Positions 43,955 to 53,880 are shown, numbered from the stretch's first letter. The stretch is DNA of 64,000 nucleotides from Streptococcus cristatus (GCF_963529205.1 NZ_CAURYF010000003.1:12258-76257), one strand, 5' to 3'. The notes: generated by a model not told the origin, from the letters alone. Program-made: numbers and translations.

Positions 43955-44028
43955 AAAATTTTTCATATTATTTCAAATTTGACTGCTTTTGCGGTATAAT
44001 AAAAGAAAGAAATGAGAGAGGTACAACT

Positions 44029-44415
44029 ATGACATCAAAAATGTTGCATACTTGTTTACGAGTGGAAAATTTAGAGGCTTCGATTGCCTTTTATGAAGAT
44101 GCGTTTGGTTTTAAGGAATTGCGTCGCAAGGACTTTCCAGAGCATGCTTTTACCATTGTTTATCTTGGTTTGGATGGCGATGATTATGAGCTCGAACTGA
44201 CCTATAATTATGACCACGGACCTTATGTAATCGGTGATGGCTTTGCTCATATTGCTCTTAGCACGCCTGATTTGGAAGGCTTGCACGCTGAGCACAAGGA
44301 TAAAGGCTATGAAGTGACAGATCCAAAGGGTCTGCCTGGGAACCCACCAAATTATTACTTCGTTAAAGACCCTGATGGCTACAAGGTCGAAGTGATTCGA
44401 GAAAATAGTCTTTAA
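44029..44415 (+). CDS. gloA: Lactoylglutathione lyase (glyoxalase I)
   Basis: LHTCLRV, LELTYN and DPDGYKVE. Confidence 0.92.
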   Translation: MTSKMLHTCLRVENLEASIAFYEDAFGFKELRRKDFPEHAFTIVYLGLDGDDYELELTYNYDHGPYVIGDGFAHIALSTPDLEGLHAEHKDKGYEVTDPKGLPGNPPNYYFVKDPDGYKVEVIRENSL

Positions 44416-44503
44416 AAATAATTAAACTTGTATTTTAGCACTTGTAAGATACAAGTTTTTTAACATTAGAATCATTTTATGACAATAGCTTAGGGGATAA
44501 TAA

Positions 44504-45901
44504 ATGAAAAGACAACATAAAAGGAAGCGTAGACGAAAATACAGACTGGTTCTCAGTCTTCTGAATCTGCTTCTTTTAGGACTTCTTATTTTTGGCGGAC
44601 TACGAATCTATGAAATGTTTCAGGAGCAGGAATTCCAGAAAAAGATTACAGAAGTGATTGCCAAGGAAGAGCAAAGACATGCTGACAATGCCGAAAAGCA
44701 GGCTGGTAGGATTGGCAGCCATTATGTGGCAGCTTTTTATCCTCTTATGAATGGGCAGCCGCTTCAAAGTGTCAAAGATAAAATGTTGCAGAACAGTCAG
44801 AGCATTTCTGATGACAAAAAGCAGAAGGAAAACTTGACGGCTTTGACCTTTTTCTATACAGAGGAGAAGTCTACTAGTCTGGCCAATATCAAAGAAGTGA
44901 TCATCCAGAGAAAAGATTACAGCATCTCAAAAAGAGACATCAAGTCTGAGGAGGCAAGAGAAGTAGCCTCGACTTATATCAATCAAGAAGGTGCAGCGGT
45001 CACTTTGGACAAGTTGTTTCAAAATCCAGAAGCTGCCAAAGAAATTTTTCTGAAGGAGTTGACCAGTCAGCTAACCTTTAGGCAGGTGGAGGAAAGTCAG
45101 CAAACAGCAGCCTTAAATGCTCTCCGAGAAATAGAGTTGAGCCAGTGGAACTTTCATTACGAGGATAGTTTATTTTCCATTCGTCTGCCCAAAGAAATCA
45201 CCGGTGTGTCGAGCGTGACAGTGCCTCTGTCTAGTTTTTATGACCTAATCCGTCCGGAATATTTGCAGGGGGCTGATTTGGAAGCTTACCAGCAGTATGA
45301 AACCAAGCGGCATGAGAAAATGGTTGCCCTGACCTTTGATGACGGTCCCGACAGTAAAACGACTCCTCAGGCCTTGGAAATTCTGAAACGCTACAATGCT
45401 AAAGCGACCTTCTTTATGGTGGGACAAAACGTTGCGGCCAATCCAGAACTGGCTAAACGTGTCCTTGATGAAGGCCATCAGCTTGGCATCCATACTTGGA
45501 GCCATCCAGATTTGACCAAGCTGCCTGTAAATCAAGTCAAAAAAGAAATCCTAGATACTCAGGAAGCCATTTATAAGGCGACTGGTATTCGGCCTATGAT
45601 TACAAGACCGCCTTATGGAGCCATCAACCCTACGGTTCAAAATGCTGTCGATCAGTCCTTTATCATGTGGAGCGTGGACAGTCTCGATTGGAAAACACGC
45701 AATACAAAGGCTATTATGCAGGAGATCGTGAAAACCCAACCGGGATCTATTATTCTCATGCACGATATCCATCAGACGACCATTGATGCCCTGCCAAGCG
45801 TTCTTGACTATCTGAAGAATAGCGGCTATACTCTGGTGACAGTTGATGAACTATTAGAAAATCAACTTCAACCACATCAGATTTATTACAGCAGAAATTA
45901 A
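44504..45901 (+). CDS. pgdA: Peptidoglycan GlcNAc deacetylase
   Basis: N-terminal anchor; TFDDGP, HTWSHP, RPPYG, DSLDW and LMHDI motifs. Confidence 0.9.
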   Translation: MKRQHKRKRRRKYRLVLSLLNLLLLGLLIFGGLRIYEMFQEQEFQKKITEVIAKEEQRHADNAEKQAGRIGSHYVAAFYPLMNGQPLQSVKDKMLQNSQSISDDKKQKENLTALTFFYTEEKSTSLANIKEVIIQRKDYSISKRDIKSEEAREVASTYINQEGAAVTLDKLFQNPEAAKEIFLKELTSQLTFRQVEESQQTAALNALREIELSQWNFHYEDSLFSIRLPKEITGVSSVTVPLSSFYDLIRPEYLQGADLEAYQQYETKRHEKMVALTFDDGPDSKTTPQALEILKRYNAKATFFMVGQNVAANPELAKRVLDEGHQLGIHTWSHPDLTKLPVNQVKKEILDTQEAIYKATGIRPMITRPPYGAINPTVQNAVDQSFIMWSVDSLDWKTRNTKAIMQEIVKTQPGSIILMHDIHQTTIDALPSVLDYLKNSGYTLVTVDELLENQLQPHQIYYSRN

Positions 45902-45938
45902 AAAAAGCATTGGAAATTTAATATTTCCAATGCTTTTT
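45901..45938. terminator. Bidirectional terminator
   Basis: AAAAAGCATTGGAAAT / ATTTCCAATGCTTTTT. Confidence 0.8.
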
Positions 45939-45983
45939 GATTTGCTACCATCAAATAAAAATATTGATGACCGTAATTCTTGC

Positions 45984-47072
45984 TTAAGGACACACATACA
46001 GTTCTTGTTTTTTCAAGATGATTTCTCGAACAGAGGCATATTTTTTGAGAGCTTTTAATTCTTCTGGGTGGCTGATGAAGGTGATGACATAGCCTTCCTT
46101 GCCCATGCGACCTGTTCGGCCAGAACGGTGGGTGTAGGTTTCCAAATCGCGCGGCACTTCGTAGTTGACCACGCACTCTAGAGAATCAATATCAATGCCA
46201 CGTGCAACTATGTCAGTCGCCAGCAAGAGTGTGATATCGTAATCTTTAAATTTCTCAAGAATGACCTTGCGGAATTTTACATTGACATCGCTGGCTAGAG
46301 AGACCACACTAGCTCCTCGGTACTGAAGCTTTTCTTCGGCGCTGCCCAAATCTGACAAGTTGTTGAAAAAAACTAGTCCACGAAATTCTTCTACATTGGA
46401 TAGTTTGCGCAAGAGTTCAACCTTATCACGTTTCTCCACCTGCATATAGAAGTGCTGGATATTGTCCAAAGTCTGGTCGTCAATGCTGATGCGCAGAGTA
46501 TTTTCGGCAATCTTATCTTGATCGAACTTAGCAGTAGCACTCATGTAAATCAGCTGGTGGTCCCGCGGTGCATAATGCAAAATCTTATCAACAAACGCAT
46601 ACTGGGAATCACTGAGAAGCTGGTCAAATTCATCTAGGATAATAGTATCAACATTCATCATCTTGATTTTCTTGAGCTTAATGAGCTCAAGAATCCGACC
46701 AGGTGTACCAATCAGTATCTCAGGCCCTTTCTTGAGCCGCTCAATCTGCCTTTTCTGGCTATTACCAGAGAGGAGGAGTTGACTGCTCAAGTCCAAGGGC
46801 TCCGCCCAAGATTTACAAACATCAAAAATCTGTCCCGCCAGCTCTGTATTTGGAGCTAAAATCAAAAGCTGCTGCGCTTTTTTAGGCTTCAATCTCAATA
46901 AGCTAGGAAAGAGATAGGCCAATGTCTTGCCCGTACCGGTTGGACTGATGCCTAGCACCGTTTCTCCCTGAGAAATAGGCTGGAATATTTTTTCTTGGAT
47001 GGCAGTTAGTTCAGAAAAACCGAGCTGATTTAGCTGTTTCTGCCAGACTGTTGGAAATGTTTCTTTAATCAT
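45984..47072 (-). CDS. DEAD/DEAH-box helicase
   Basis: SPTGTGKT, DEFD, SAT, ARGID and HRSGRTGR. Confidence 0.93.
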   Translation of the reverse strand: MIKETFPTVWQKQLNQLGFSELTAIQEKIFQPISQGETVLGISPTGTGKTLAYLFPSLLRLKPKKAQQLLILAPNTELAGQIFDVCKSWAEPLDLSSQLLLSGNSQKRQIERLKKGPEILIGTPGRILELIKLKKIKMMNVDTIILDEFDQLLSDSQYAFVDKILHYAPRDHQLIYMSATAKFDQDKIAENTLRISIDDQTLDNIQHFYMQVEKRDKVELLRKLSNVEEFRGLVFFNNLSDLGSAEEKLQYRGASVVSLASDVNVKFRKVILEKFKDYDITLLLATDIVARGIDIDSLECVVNYEVPRDLETYTHRSGRTGRMGKEGYVITFISHPEELKALKKYASVREIILKKQELYVCP

Positions 47073-48045
47073 GGTCAACCTCAAATCTAATACCAGCATC
47101 TTTTCTCATAGCAAACAGACACTCATGCACAGCAGTAGCAGCCTGCAGGTAGTCGCTATAAAGCTCTTTCCGGTCGCCTTTAAGCACACGAGCAAAAGCA
47201 TGAGCCTCTTCCAGCATTTGGTGGTCTGCTTGGCGGATAGTTAGATTTTCCGTCTCTCCATTGAGCTTTTGGAAAATGGCAGAGCGGATGAACTCGATAC
47301 CATCTAAGGTCAGAGTGCCTTGGTCCGTATAGATTTCAGCTGGCAGCTGGCTATGAATATTTTTTCCAGCTTGAATACGAACCTGAAAATCAGGATAAAT
47401 CAGACTGCCTGAACCGTTGAGGTCAACGCTATTTGGCAGTTGTTGAGCTGTATAGCAGACGCTTTGTGGAGCACCAAAGAGTCGGACAGCAGCATAAAGC
47501 GTATAAACTCCCAAATCCATCAGAGCACCGCCTGAAAATTTAGCAGAAAAAACATTGGGCTCCTGTCCACTCAGCAGGGCTCCCATCTTTGAGGAGTATT
47601 TAGCATAAGTAAAATTGGCTCCCCAGATTTTCTTGTCTTTTAGGAAGTCCTGAATGACTGCAAAAGCTGCTTCGTGGTAGTTTCTAGCTGCCTCAAAGAT
47701 ATAAACCTGATGTTCAGTTGCCAGCTTGACCAATTCTTGCCATTCTTCAGGCCTTGATACAGCCGGCTTTTCAACAATGACATGTTTTCGAGCCAAAATG
47801 GCTACCTTGGCATGGTTGAAGTGGAGGCTATTGGGACTGGCGATGTAAACCACATCTAGGTCGGCAGATAAGAATTCAATCATATCGGTGTAGAGTGCGA
47901 CGTTTTTATAAGCTTGTGCAAAACACTCCGCGGCATTCAAGGTTCGCGAGTAAACAGCTGTAAACTCATACTCACCACTTAGTTGAGCTGCTTTGATAAA
48001 CTTGTGGGAAATGGTTCCTGTACCGATGATACCGAGTCGTAACAT
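47065..48045 (-). CDS. Gfo/Idh/MocA oxidoreductase
   Basis: GIIGTG, VYIASPNSLH, EKP and GGALMDLGVY. Confidence 0.92.
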   Translation of the reverse strand: MLRLGIIGTGTISHKFIKAAQLSGEYEFTAVYSRTLNAAECFAQAYKNVALYTDMIEFLSADLDVVYIASPNSLHFNHAKVAILARKHVIVEKPAVSRPEEWQELVKLATEHQVYIFEAARNYHEAAFAVIQDFLKDKKIWGANFTYAKYSSKMGALLSGQEPNVFSAKFSGGALMDLGVYTLYAAVRLFGAPQSVCYTAQQLPNSVDLNGSGSLIYPDFQVRIQAGKNIHSQLPAEIYTDQGTLTLDGIEFIRSAIFQKLNGETENLTIRQADHQMLEEAHAFARVLKGDRKELYSDYLQAATAVHECLFAMRKDAGIRFEVDHD

Positions 48046-48149
48046 ACTTTCTCCTTTAAAATGATTTTCCTGAATTTTTCTTGATTCACCCTTTCATTAT
48101 ATCATGAATTGAGGTAAAATAGATAAGATAACAAGTAATGGAGAAAACA

Positions 48150-48785
48150 ATGCAAAACAGACCTATTATTATCGGTGTTACAGGTGGCTCTGGTGGGGGA
48201 AAAACCAGTGTTTCTCGGGCGATTCTAGATAATTTTCCAAACGAAAAGATTTCCATGATTGAGCATGATTCTTATTACAAGGATCAGTCGCATTTGACCT
48301 TTGAGGAGCGGGTTAAGACCAACTATGACCATCCTTTTGCTTTTGATACTGACCTCATGATTGAGCAGATCAAGGAGCTTTTGGCTGGCCGTCCAGTAGA
48401 CATCCCGACCTATGACTATACGGAGCACACGCGCAGTAATAAAACCTATCGTCAAGAACCGCAGGATGTCTTCATTGTAGAGGGTATTCTGGTCTTGGAA
48501 GACCAACGCCTCCGCGATTTGATGGACATCAAGATTTTCGTCGACACTGATGATGATGTGCGGATTATTCGTCGGATTAAGCGGGACATGGAGGAGCGTG
48601 GACGCAGTTTGGATAGCGTCATCGAGCAGTATCTGGGTGTCGTAAAGCCTATGTACCATCAGTTTATCGAGCCGACCAAGCGCTATGCGGATGTTATCAT
48701 TCCAGAGGGCGCTTCTAATAAAGTTGCGATTGATTTGATTACCACCAAGATTGAAAAGATTTTGGAGGAAGCTAGAGAAGGATAG
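48150..48785 (+). CDS. udk: Uridine kinase
   Basis: [13 protein letters not shown] and [12 protein letters not shown]. Confidence 0.96.
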   Translation: MQNRPIIIGVTGGSGGGKTSVSRAILDNFPNEKISMIEHDSYYKDQSHLTFEERVKTNYDHPFAFDTDLMIEQIKELLAGRPVDIPTYDYTEHTRSNKTYRQEPQDVFIVEGILVLEDQRLRDLMDIKIFVDTDDDVRIIRRIKRDMEERGRSLDSVIEQYLGVVKPMYHQFIEPTKRYADVIIPEGASNKVAIDLITTKIEKILEEAREG

Positions 48786-48825
48786 AAAGGAAGTCTGGTG
48801 TTACACTGGACTTTTTGGGTAAATT

Positions 48826-49494
48826 ATGAGAAAGTTCGTCAAAAGGGAATTCCATTCTCGATCAAAGTTTTTTGCTTGTTTGCTGACCTTCTGCGCAGGT
48901 TTCGTGGATGCTTACACTTTCATGGAGCGCGGGGGTACATTGGTTGCGGGCCAGACAGGAAACGTCGTCTTTTTGTCCGTTGAACTGATTCATCACAAGA
49001 CTGGAGAGATTGAAGTCAAACTAGCTACCATGCTAGCCTTTATGCTGGGGATTTTTCTAATAACTGTTTTCCGTCCCTTTTTTGAGCAGTCTATATGGCG
49101 AGTAAGTAGTATCTCACCAATGGTGCTCATCTGTACTCTGGTAGGTTTTATGCCAAGTACCGTTCCAAATATGCTGATCGTTCCTCCGATTGCTTTCTGT
49201 ATGGGAGTCGTTGCGACAGCTTTTGGCGAAGTAGATGGCATAGTCTATAATAATTCCTTTATGACAGGAAATATCAAGAAAACGATGGTGGCTTTTGGAA
49301 ATTTTGTGCGAACGCAGGAAAAACCATACTTGAAAGAGGGCATTTTCTTTGTTGCTTTGTTAGGAAGTTTTGTCATCGGAGCCATTATTTCTACCTACCT
49401 GCTCCAATTTTACGCCTTACGAACCATTTGGATCGTTGCAGGAATTCTATTTGCTTTCATGATGTTCCGCTTGGTTCAGTATGTACGAAGATAA
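48826..49494 (+). CDS. YoaK/DUF1275 membrane protein
   Basis: AGFVDAYTF, QTGN and MTGN motifs. Confidence 0.88.
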   Translation: MRKFVKREFHSRSKFFACLLTFCAGFVDAYTFMERGGTLVAGQTGNVVFLSVELIHHKTGEIEVKLATMLAFMLGIFLITVFRPFFEQSIWRVSSISPMVLICTLVGFMPSTVPNMLIVPPIAFCMGVVATAFGEVDGIVYNNSFMTGNIKKTMVAFGNFVRTQEKPYLKEGIFFVALLGSFVIGAIISTYLLQFYALRTIWIVAGILFAFMMFRLVQYVRR

Positions 49495-49553
49495 AGACGA
49501 AGCTGCTAAGGAATGAAGAAGCCTTAGTTGTAAATTATTAAAAAAGAAGAGAA

Positions 49554-50255
49554 ATGAGAAAAATAATTTTTATTGGACAGAGCGGCAATGAGGCTGTTTA
49601 CTATAACACGCGAACAAAAGAGGCCTTAATGGCAAACAAAAGTGCCCTCTTAAATACAGAAGGGGCAAGAAGGTCGAATAGAGCCATTATTCCTTTGATT
49701 TTGCTTTTTGCATTATTTGGTGGAGGTACTGGAGTTGCGATTTTTTCTTTTACTAGTCCATTTAGATTAAACGAGAGGATGATTCCAATCATTTTACTAG
49801 CCATATTTTTAGTTTTTGTTGGCAGTACTTATATGTTGGAAAAGGCCTTGTATAAAAATGTTCGATCCACAGTTTTGGCAAACGAGGAACAATTTAAAGC
49901 TGCAGTGAATAGCAGTTTAATTTGGGAAGGATTTTCCGACAAGAAAGCAACATTAGGTAAAATTTTCTTTTTCTTGTTTATTATCTTGGTTCTTCTGTTT
50001 TGTTCAGGAATTGTAAGTCTATTTGGAATACCAGGAATGCTTATTCCTTATTATGAACATGAGTGGTTTGATCTTTCATTATTATTTTCACCAGTGGCAG
50101 GGGTGCTTCCAGCTGTGGTTGTGATTTCTCTTTTCCAAAACAACCCCATCCGCTGGTTGTTAGCCGTGCGGAAGTATGAACAAGGGGAAGTGGTGTTTAA
50201 ACAGAAAGCAGAGGAGATAAATGAAATCCATTCTCTTTTGAAGGATAAAATGTAG
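49554..50255 (+). CDS. Hypothetical 4-TM membrane protein (immunity-like array member 1)
   Basis: N-terminal KIIFIGQSGNEAVYYNTRTKEAL followed by two TM pairs; AT-rich. Confidence 0.7.
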   Translation: MRKIIFIGQSGNEAVYYNTRTKEALMANKSALLNTEGARRSNRAIIPLILLFALFGGGTGVAIFSFTSPFRLNERMIPIILLAIFLVFVGSTYMLEKALYKNVRSTVLANEEQFKAAVNSSLIWEGFSDKKATLGKIFFFLFIILVLLFCSGIVSLFGIPGMLIPYYEHEWFDLSLLFSPVAGVLPAVVVISLFQNNPIRWLLAVRKYEQGEVVFKQKAEEINEIHSLLKDKM

Positions 50256-50328
50256 AAGATAAGGAAAATCTCGAACAGGTTTGATTTAAACAAGGTTTGT
50301 TTCTTATGCTTATCACGAGGAGGTTAAT

Positions 50329-50994
50329 ATGCGAGCGCATCATGTAAATTTTCGTTATATTTTATTGGAGGATGGTGAGGAATACTTTCTATTGGATAAG
50401 CTACCGACATTAGGCGGTTATTTTTTCCCTTATCTGAATTGGTTTAGCAATCGAACACTTTACCGATTGACAGAAGCGCAGTTTTGGGAAATCCGAATGC
50501 GTAAAAAACATTGGTTGGAGACCCTTCTAATTCCAGCACCGATATTTTTAGCTGTTTCAGTATGGGCAGGGCGGATGCGAACTAGTGACAGCTTACATGC
50601 ATACCTTAATTCACCTCGCTTTTCATTTACTGAAAGATGGATTTATTGGTTTCTTGCTTTTATACTAGCAGTAATACTTGCAAATCTTATCCATTTTTTA
50701 TCATCTCGGTCTTTAGCAAAAAAATTTGATTTTAGTCTTTACAAAAAAGAGAAGGGAAAAATAAGATTAGCTAAATTGGCTCCTTGGATGAAAAAGCAGT
50801 TTAAGGGCGTTCTGATTCTTAACTTCCTAATCCTTTTGTTTAGCTTTTTCATTTTAAATTGGGGGACTTTAGTCTTTCTGATGTTTCATAGTCTTATATT
50901 ACTAATGTCTACGCTGTTAGCAGGTGATCTAAGCTATAGTGAGAACTGTCAGTATACAATAGAAAGAGATGAGAAAGATAGTGCCATAAAATAA
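50329..50994 (+). CDS. DUF443 (tandem five-TM / TsaI-like) membrane protein
   Basis: NFRYILLEDGEEYFLLD...YFFPYLNWF resembles the DUF443 N-terminus as recalled; GGAGG RBS. Confidence 0.65.
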   Translation: MRAHHVNFRYILLEDGEEYFLLDKLPTLGGYFFPYLNWFSNRTLYRLTEAQFWEIRMRKKHWLETLLIPAPIFLAVSVWAGRMRTSDSLHAYLNSPRFSFTERWIYWFLAFILAVILANLIHFLSSRSLAKKFDFSLYKKEKGKIRLAKLAPWMKKQFKGVLILNFLILLFSFFILNWGTLVFLMFHSLILLMSTLLAGDLSYSENCQYTIERDEKDSAIK

Positions 50995-51081
50995 AGGTAT
51001 TTACTTTCTAGTTGTTAGCTGCAGTGCTAGTAAAAATAAAATTCTGAATAAGTAAAATATTCAATAATACGGGAGACCAAA

Positions 51082-51636
51082 GTGACTACATTTAAAAAAT
51101 TGTTATTTCTTGGAAATTTTCAAGAATAAGATATTTTCTATCATTTTGAATCAGGGAAACTCTATTCTTACTCTTATAAACCAGATAAGGTATGGGACAT
51201 TAAATGGGCAGTTTTAGCTTCTGGACTGGTGCTAACCAACTTACTATCTTCCATCGGTTTTCTTACTTTCTCAAATTCTTTTGTAAAATATGGTTTGCTT
51301 ATAAGCATGATATTCACCATTGTTCTTTTAGCAGAATGGGCTCTGAAACTCAAACATGATCAAGAATTGATAAGTTTTAACCCTAGTAATTATTTTGGTT
51401 GGTCTGACTTTATTAAGAAGTGCAAGAATAACTTGTTGTTCCTCTCATTGACAGGTATCGTTTTCTCTGTAATGACATTTCAATTTTTATTGACCTATCT
51501 TCAAGAAGCAAACTTGTATAACTATATCCTATTTAGTCTTTTTTTCCCAGTTTCCTATTTTTTAACATTTAAGGTTCGACCAATCAAAAGATTTTTGATG
51601 TTAAAGAAATTATCCGAGGAGATATCTAATACTTAA
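51082..51636 (+). pseudogene. 4-TM membrane protein with an early nonsense codon (array member 3)
   Basis: GGGAG RBS, GTG at 51082: MTTFKKLLFLGNFQE*DIFYHFESGKLY...; TAA at 51127-51129, in frame with the 51229-51636 ORF. Confidence 0.72.
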
Positions 51637-51861
51637 GTTATTACCAATAGGTAATGTTGTCCAGCTTAATAAAGAGAAAGTAAAAATCACTATTCTCTTT
51701 ATGATAATAAAGATGAAATTGCTATTAGACTAGTCTGGTAGGAAATTGGAAAAGTTTAGTATAGGTGATAATGTATTAAAAAATGATTATCACGATTTAT
51801 AATCGCCAGCAATTATTTGAATCAAATATATAATGGAATAAGCTGATTACCAAGGAGAATA

Positions 51862-52101
51862 TTGTTGAAAAATAAAGCAAAGTTGGTTAATTTAGGTGCT
51901 TATAAGGATAAGTGTTACCATTTTGATTTTGAAAATAAAACATTATTAGAAGAGGTGAAACCTCCTAATTATTGGTCTTATATTTTAGTTCCGATAACTG
52001 TTTACGTTTTAAGATTTCTGATGACTGGTATTGAAAAAACTGGTATATTTGAAAGTGAAATACTCGGAAACCATAGGGAAAGAGTAAATAGGTTATACTA
52101 A
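51862..52101 (+). pseudogene. Truncated membrane protein (array member 4)
   Basis: AAGGAG RBS and TTG start; KLVNLGAYKDKCYHFDFENKTL then only one TM before the frame ends. Confidence 0.55.
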
Positions 52102-52236
52102 ACCAGACAGAATTTAATAAGTTTTTTTACTCAAAAAAACGTTATAGGCCTTTTCGATTCAAAGTTGAATTATCAGAGGCGCTGTAACTCTTGGAGGACT
52201 TTAATGAGTAAAATTGTGAGTAGAGGAGGATGCGAA

Positions 52237-53307
52237 TTGAGAAAAAAGCCATCGATTGTTATCTATAAAAGATCAGCACTAGGATTGCTTAGTTTATTTA
52301 GTTTAATGGTGGTGACCAGTTTTTTTAATATCTTTCTAGAAGAAAATCGGTCAGCAAATCTTTTCTATTTCTTAGTATCAGTTTCTTTATTGCTCACAGT
52401 AGGTTGGATGGCCTTTGCTTTCATGGGAAAAATTCAGCTTGATGGTCAATACTTGCTTGTTTTCCGAAATTTTAAATACTATCGCTTTCCTCTTTCTTCG
52501 GTTACATTTTACTTCGGCAAGAATAGACACGCTTATCGTGGGAATTATGAATGGCCTTTATTTATTGTAGGGGAAGCGTTGACCCCAAATGGCAGCGGTC
52601 AAAAAGTAACACTGAAGTTGATTGGAAGTAAGCGGAAGAACTGTCAATTCCAGCAATTTATTCAAGAACATCTTGAAGGGAAAATACCACATCTGCCTAA
52701 GGAAGATTCGTGGAAACTGGACGCTTTTGGTCAGTTGGAGGTCATTGAAGATGAGCTGCATGAAGAACCAAAGTTAGCATTGGTAGTTACTAGGAAGTTG
52801 TCTGATTTTATCGAATTTGGAGCAGATCAAGGAAATATAAAAAAAACTGTGTTTTATGATATTAAGAGAAATGAGCTTTTTGTAGGGAAAAGTGTGCCTT
52901 TTCCAATGATTTTTCTACCAGGTGCTGGTTTTTCTTATGGCCTACATGTGTTAACTGAAAATCTGACTGTACGAGGTTTGTTCCCTTTACTTTTTTCCTT
53001 CATTTTCATGCTTTTACTGGCTCTTTACCAGTTTAAAAATAGAAGGGAGAAATCAGTAGTTGAAGTAGTGCCTTATGAGATGCCCAGAGACTATTTTGCC
53101 ATCCAAAAATCCAACGGTCTTAAAACCTATGCTCTCATTTTACTCTTTGCCTTGATTTCAGCTGTTTTTTCGTGGTTATATCTTCTATTTGGCAGTTTCC
53201 TACTTTTATTTTTGACGATTGTGACATGGTATTGTTTCTTGCTCTTGCTCCTGTCTGGGCAATTTAAAAAAACTAAATATTTAAAAGTATTAGAAAAAGA
53301 AAAGTAA
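52237..53307 (+). CDS. Two-module membrane protein (2TM + soluble beta-rich domain fused to a 4-TM array-type module)
   Basis: GGAGG RBS before TTG 52237; internal FIEFGADQGNIKKTVFYDIKRNELF followed by 4 TM. Confidence 0.68.
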   Translation: MRKKPSIVIYKRSALGLLSLFSLMVVTSFFNIFLEENRSANLFYFLVSVSLLLTVGWMAFAFMGKIQLDGQYLLVFRNFKYYRFPLSSVTFYFGKNRHAYRGNYEWPLFIVGEALTPNGSGQKVTLKLIGSKRKNCQFQQFIQEHLEGKIPHLPKEDSWKLDAFGQLEVIEDELHEEPKLALVVTRKLSDFIEFGADQGNIKKTVFYDIKRNELFVGKSVPFPMIFLPGAGFSYGLHVLTENLTVRGLFPLLFSFIFMLLLALYQFKNRREKSVVEVVPYEMPRDYFAIQKSNGLKTYALILLFALISAVFSWLYLLFGSFLLLFLTIVTWYCFLLLLLSGQFKKTKYLKVLEKEK

Positions 53308-53532
53308 TATAGAAATCAAAGATGGAAAAGTTGATTTGGAAAGCATGGGGATCAGAAATGGTACAAGGCTGGCAGATTTGCCGCGTATGATTCCCTTCTA
53401 AAGGATAAGAATGACTGGTTAGCTAAAGTTTAACTTTATAATCAATATAATACTATAAGAAGAAGCTGGCCTGCTTCTTTTTCTTTCTCGCATTTATAGT
53501 AATAAGACCACAAAATAATCCAGTATATTAAA

Positions 53533-53588
53533 AATTTTCAGAAAATATCGAATTATCTGTTGACAGCTGAATGATACTGTGCTAAAAT
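53533..53588 (+). promoter_or_regulatory. CodY box and leu operon promoter
   Basis: AATTTTCAGAAAATA (53533-53547) vs consensus AATTTTCWGAAAATT; TTGACA(53560)-17-TAAAAT(53583) with TG extension. Confidence 0.85.
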
Positions 53589-53624
53589 ACTAATCAATAA
53601 CATTTCAAAAGGAGTCAGTCAAAC

Positions 53625-53678
53625 ATGAAGTCAACTCAATTTTCAAACTTTGCTTTGTTGTTGCGTTACTCGGGCTAG
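53625..53678 (+). CDS. leu operon leader peptide MKSTQFSNFALLLRYSG
   Basis: AAGGAG RBS; three consecutive TTG Leu codons; attenuator follows. Confidence 0.82.
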   Translation: MKSTQFSNFALLLRYSG

Positions 53679-53760
53679 TGCGAAAGCATTAGTCCTGTTT
53701 GGCTTACCAAGCGGGAGTAAATCAACATCTCGCTTGGCTTCCAGCGAGATGTTTTTATTT
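53672..53760 (+). promoter_or_regulatory. leu attenuator: pause hairpin, antiterminator and terminator
   Basis: GGGCTAGTGC-GAAA-GCATTAGTCC; CCAAGCGGG can pair with CTCGCTTGG; terminator AACATCTCGCT...AGCGAGATGTT-TTTATTT. Confidence 0.82.
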
Positions 53761-53880
53761 TATTCTTCACAAAATCTTTGCTAGGATATACTGAGAAAAG
53801 CGAACTAAAAGTTCATTTCATAGTTGTATCTCTCATTGATTTTTATAGCTGTTTTAAACGATAAAGAAAGAGGAAAGTCT

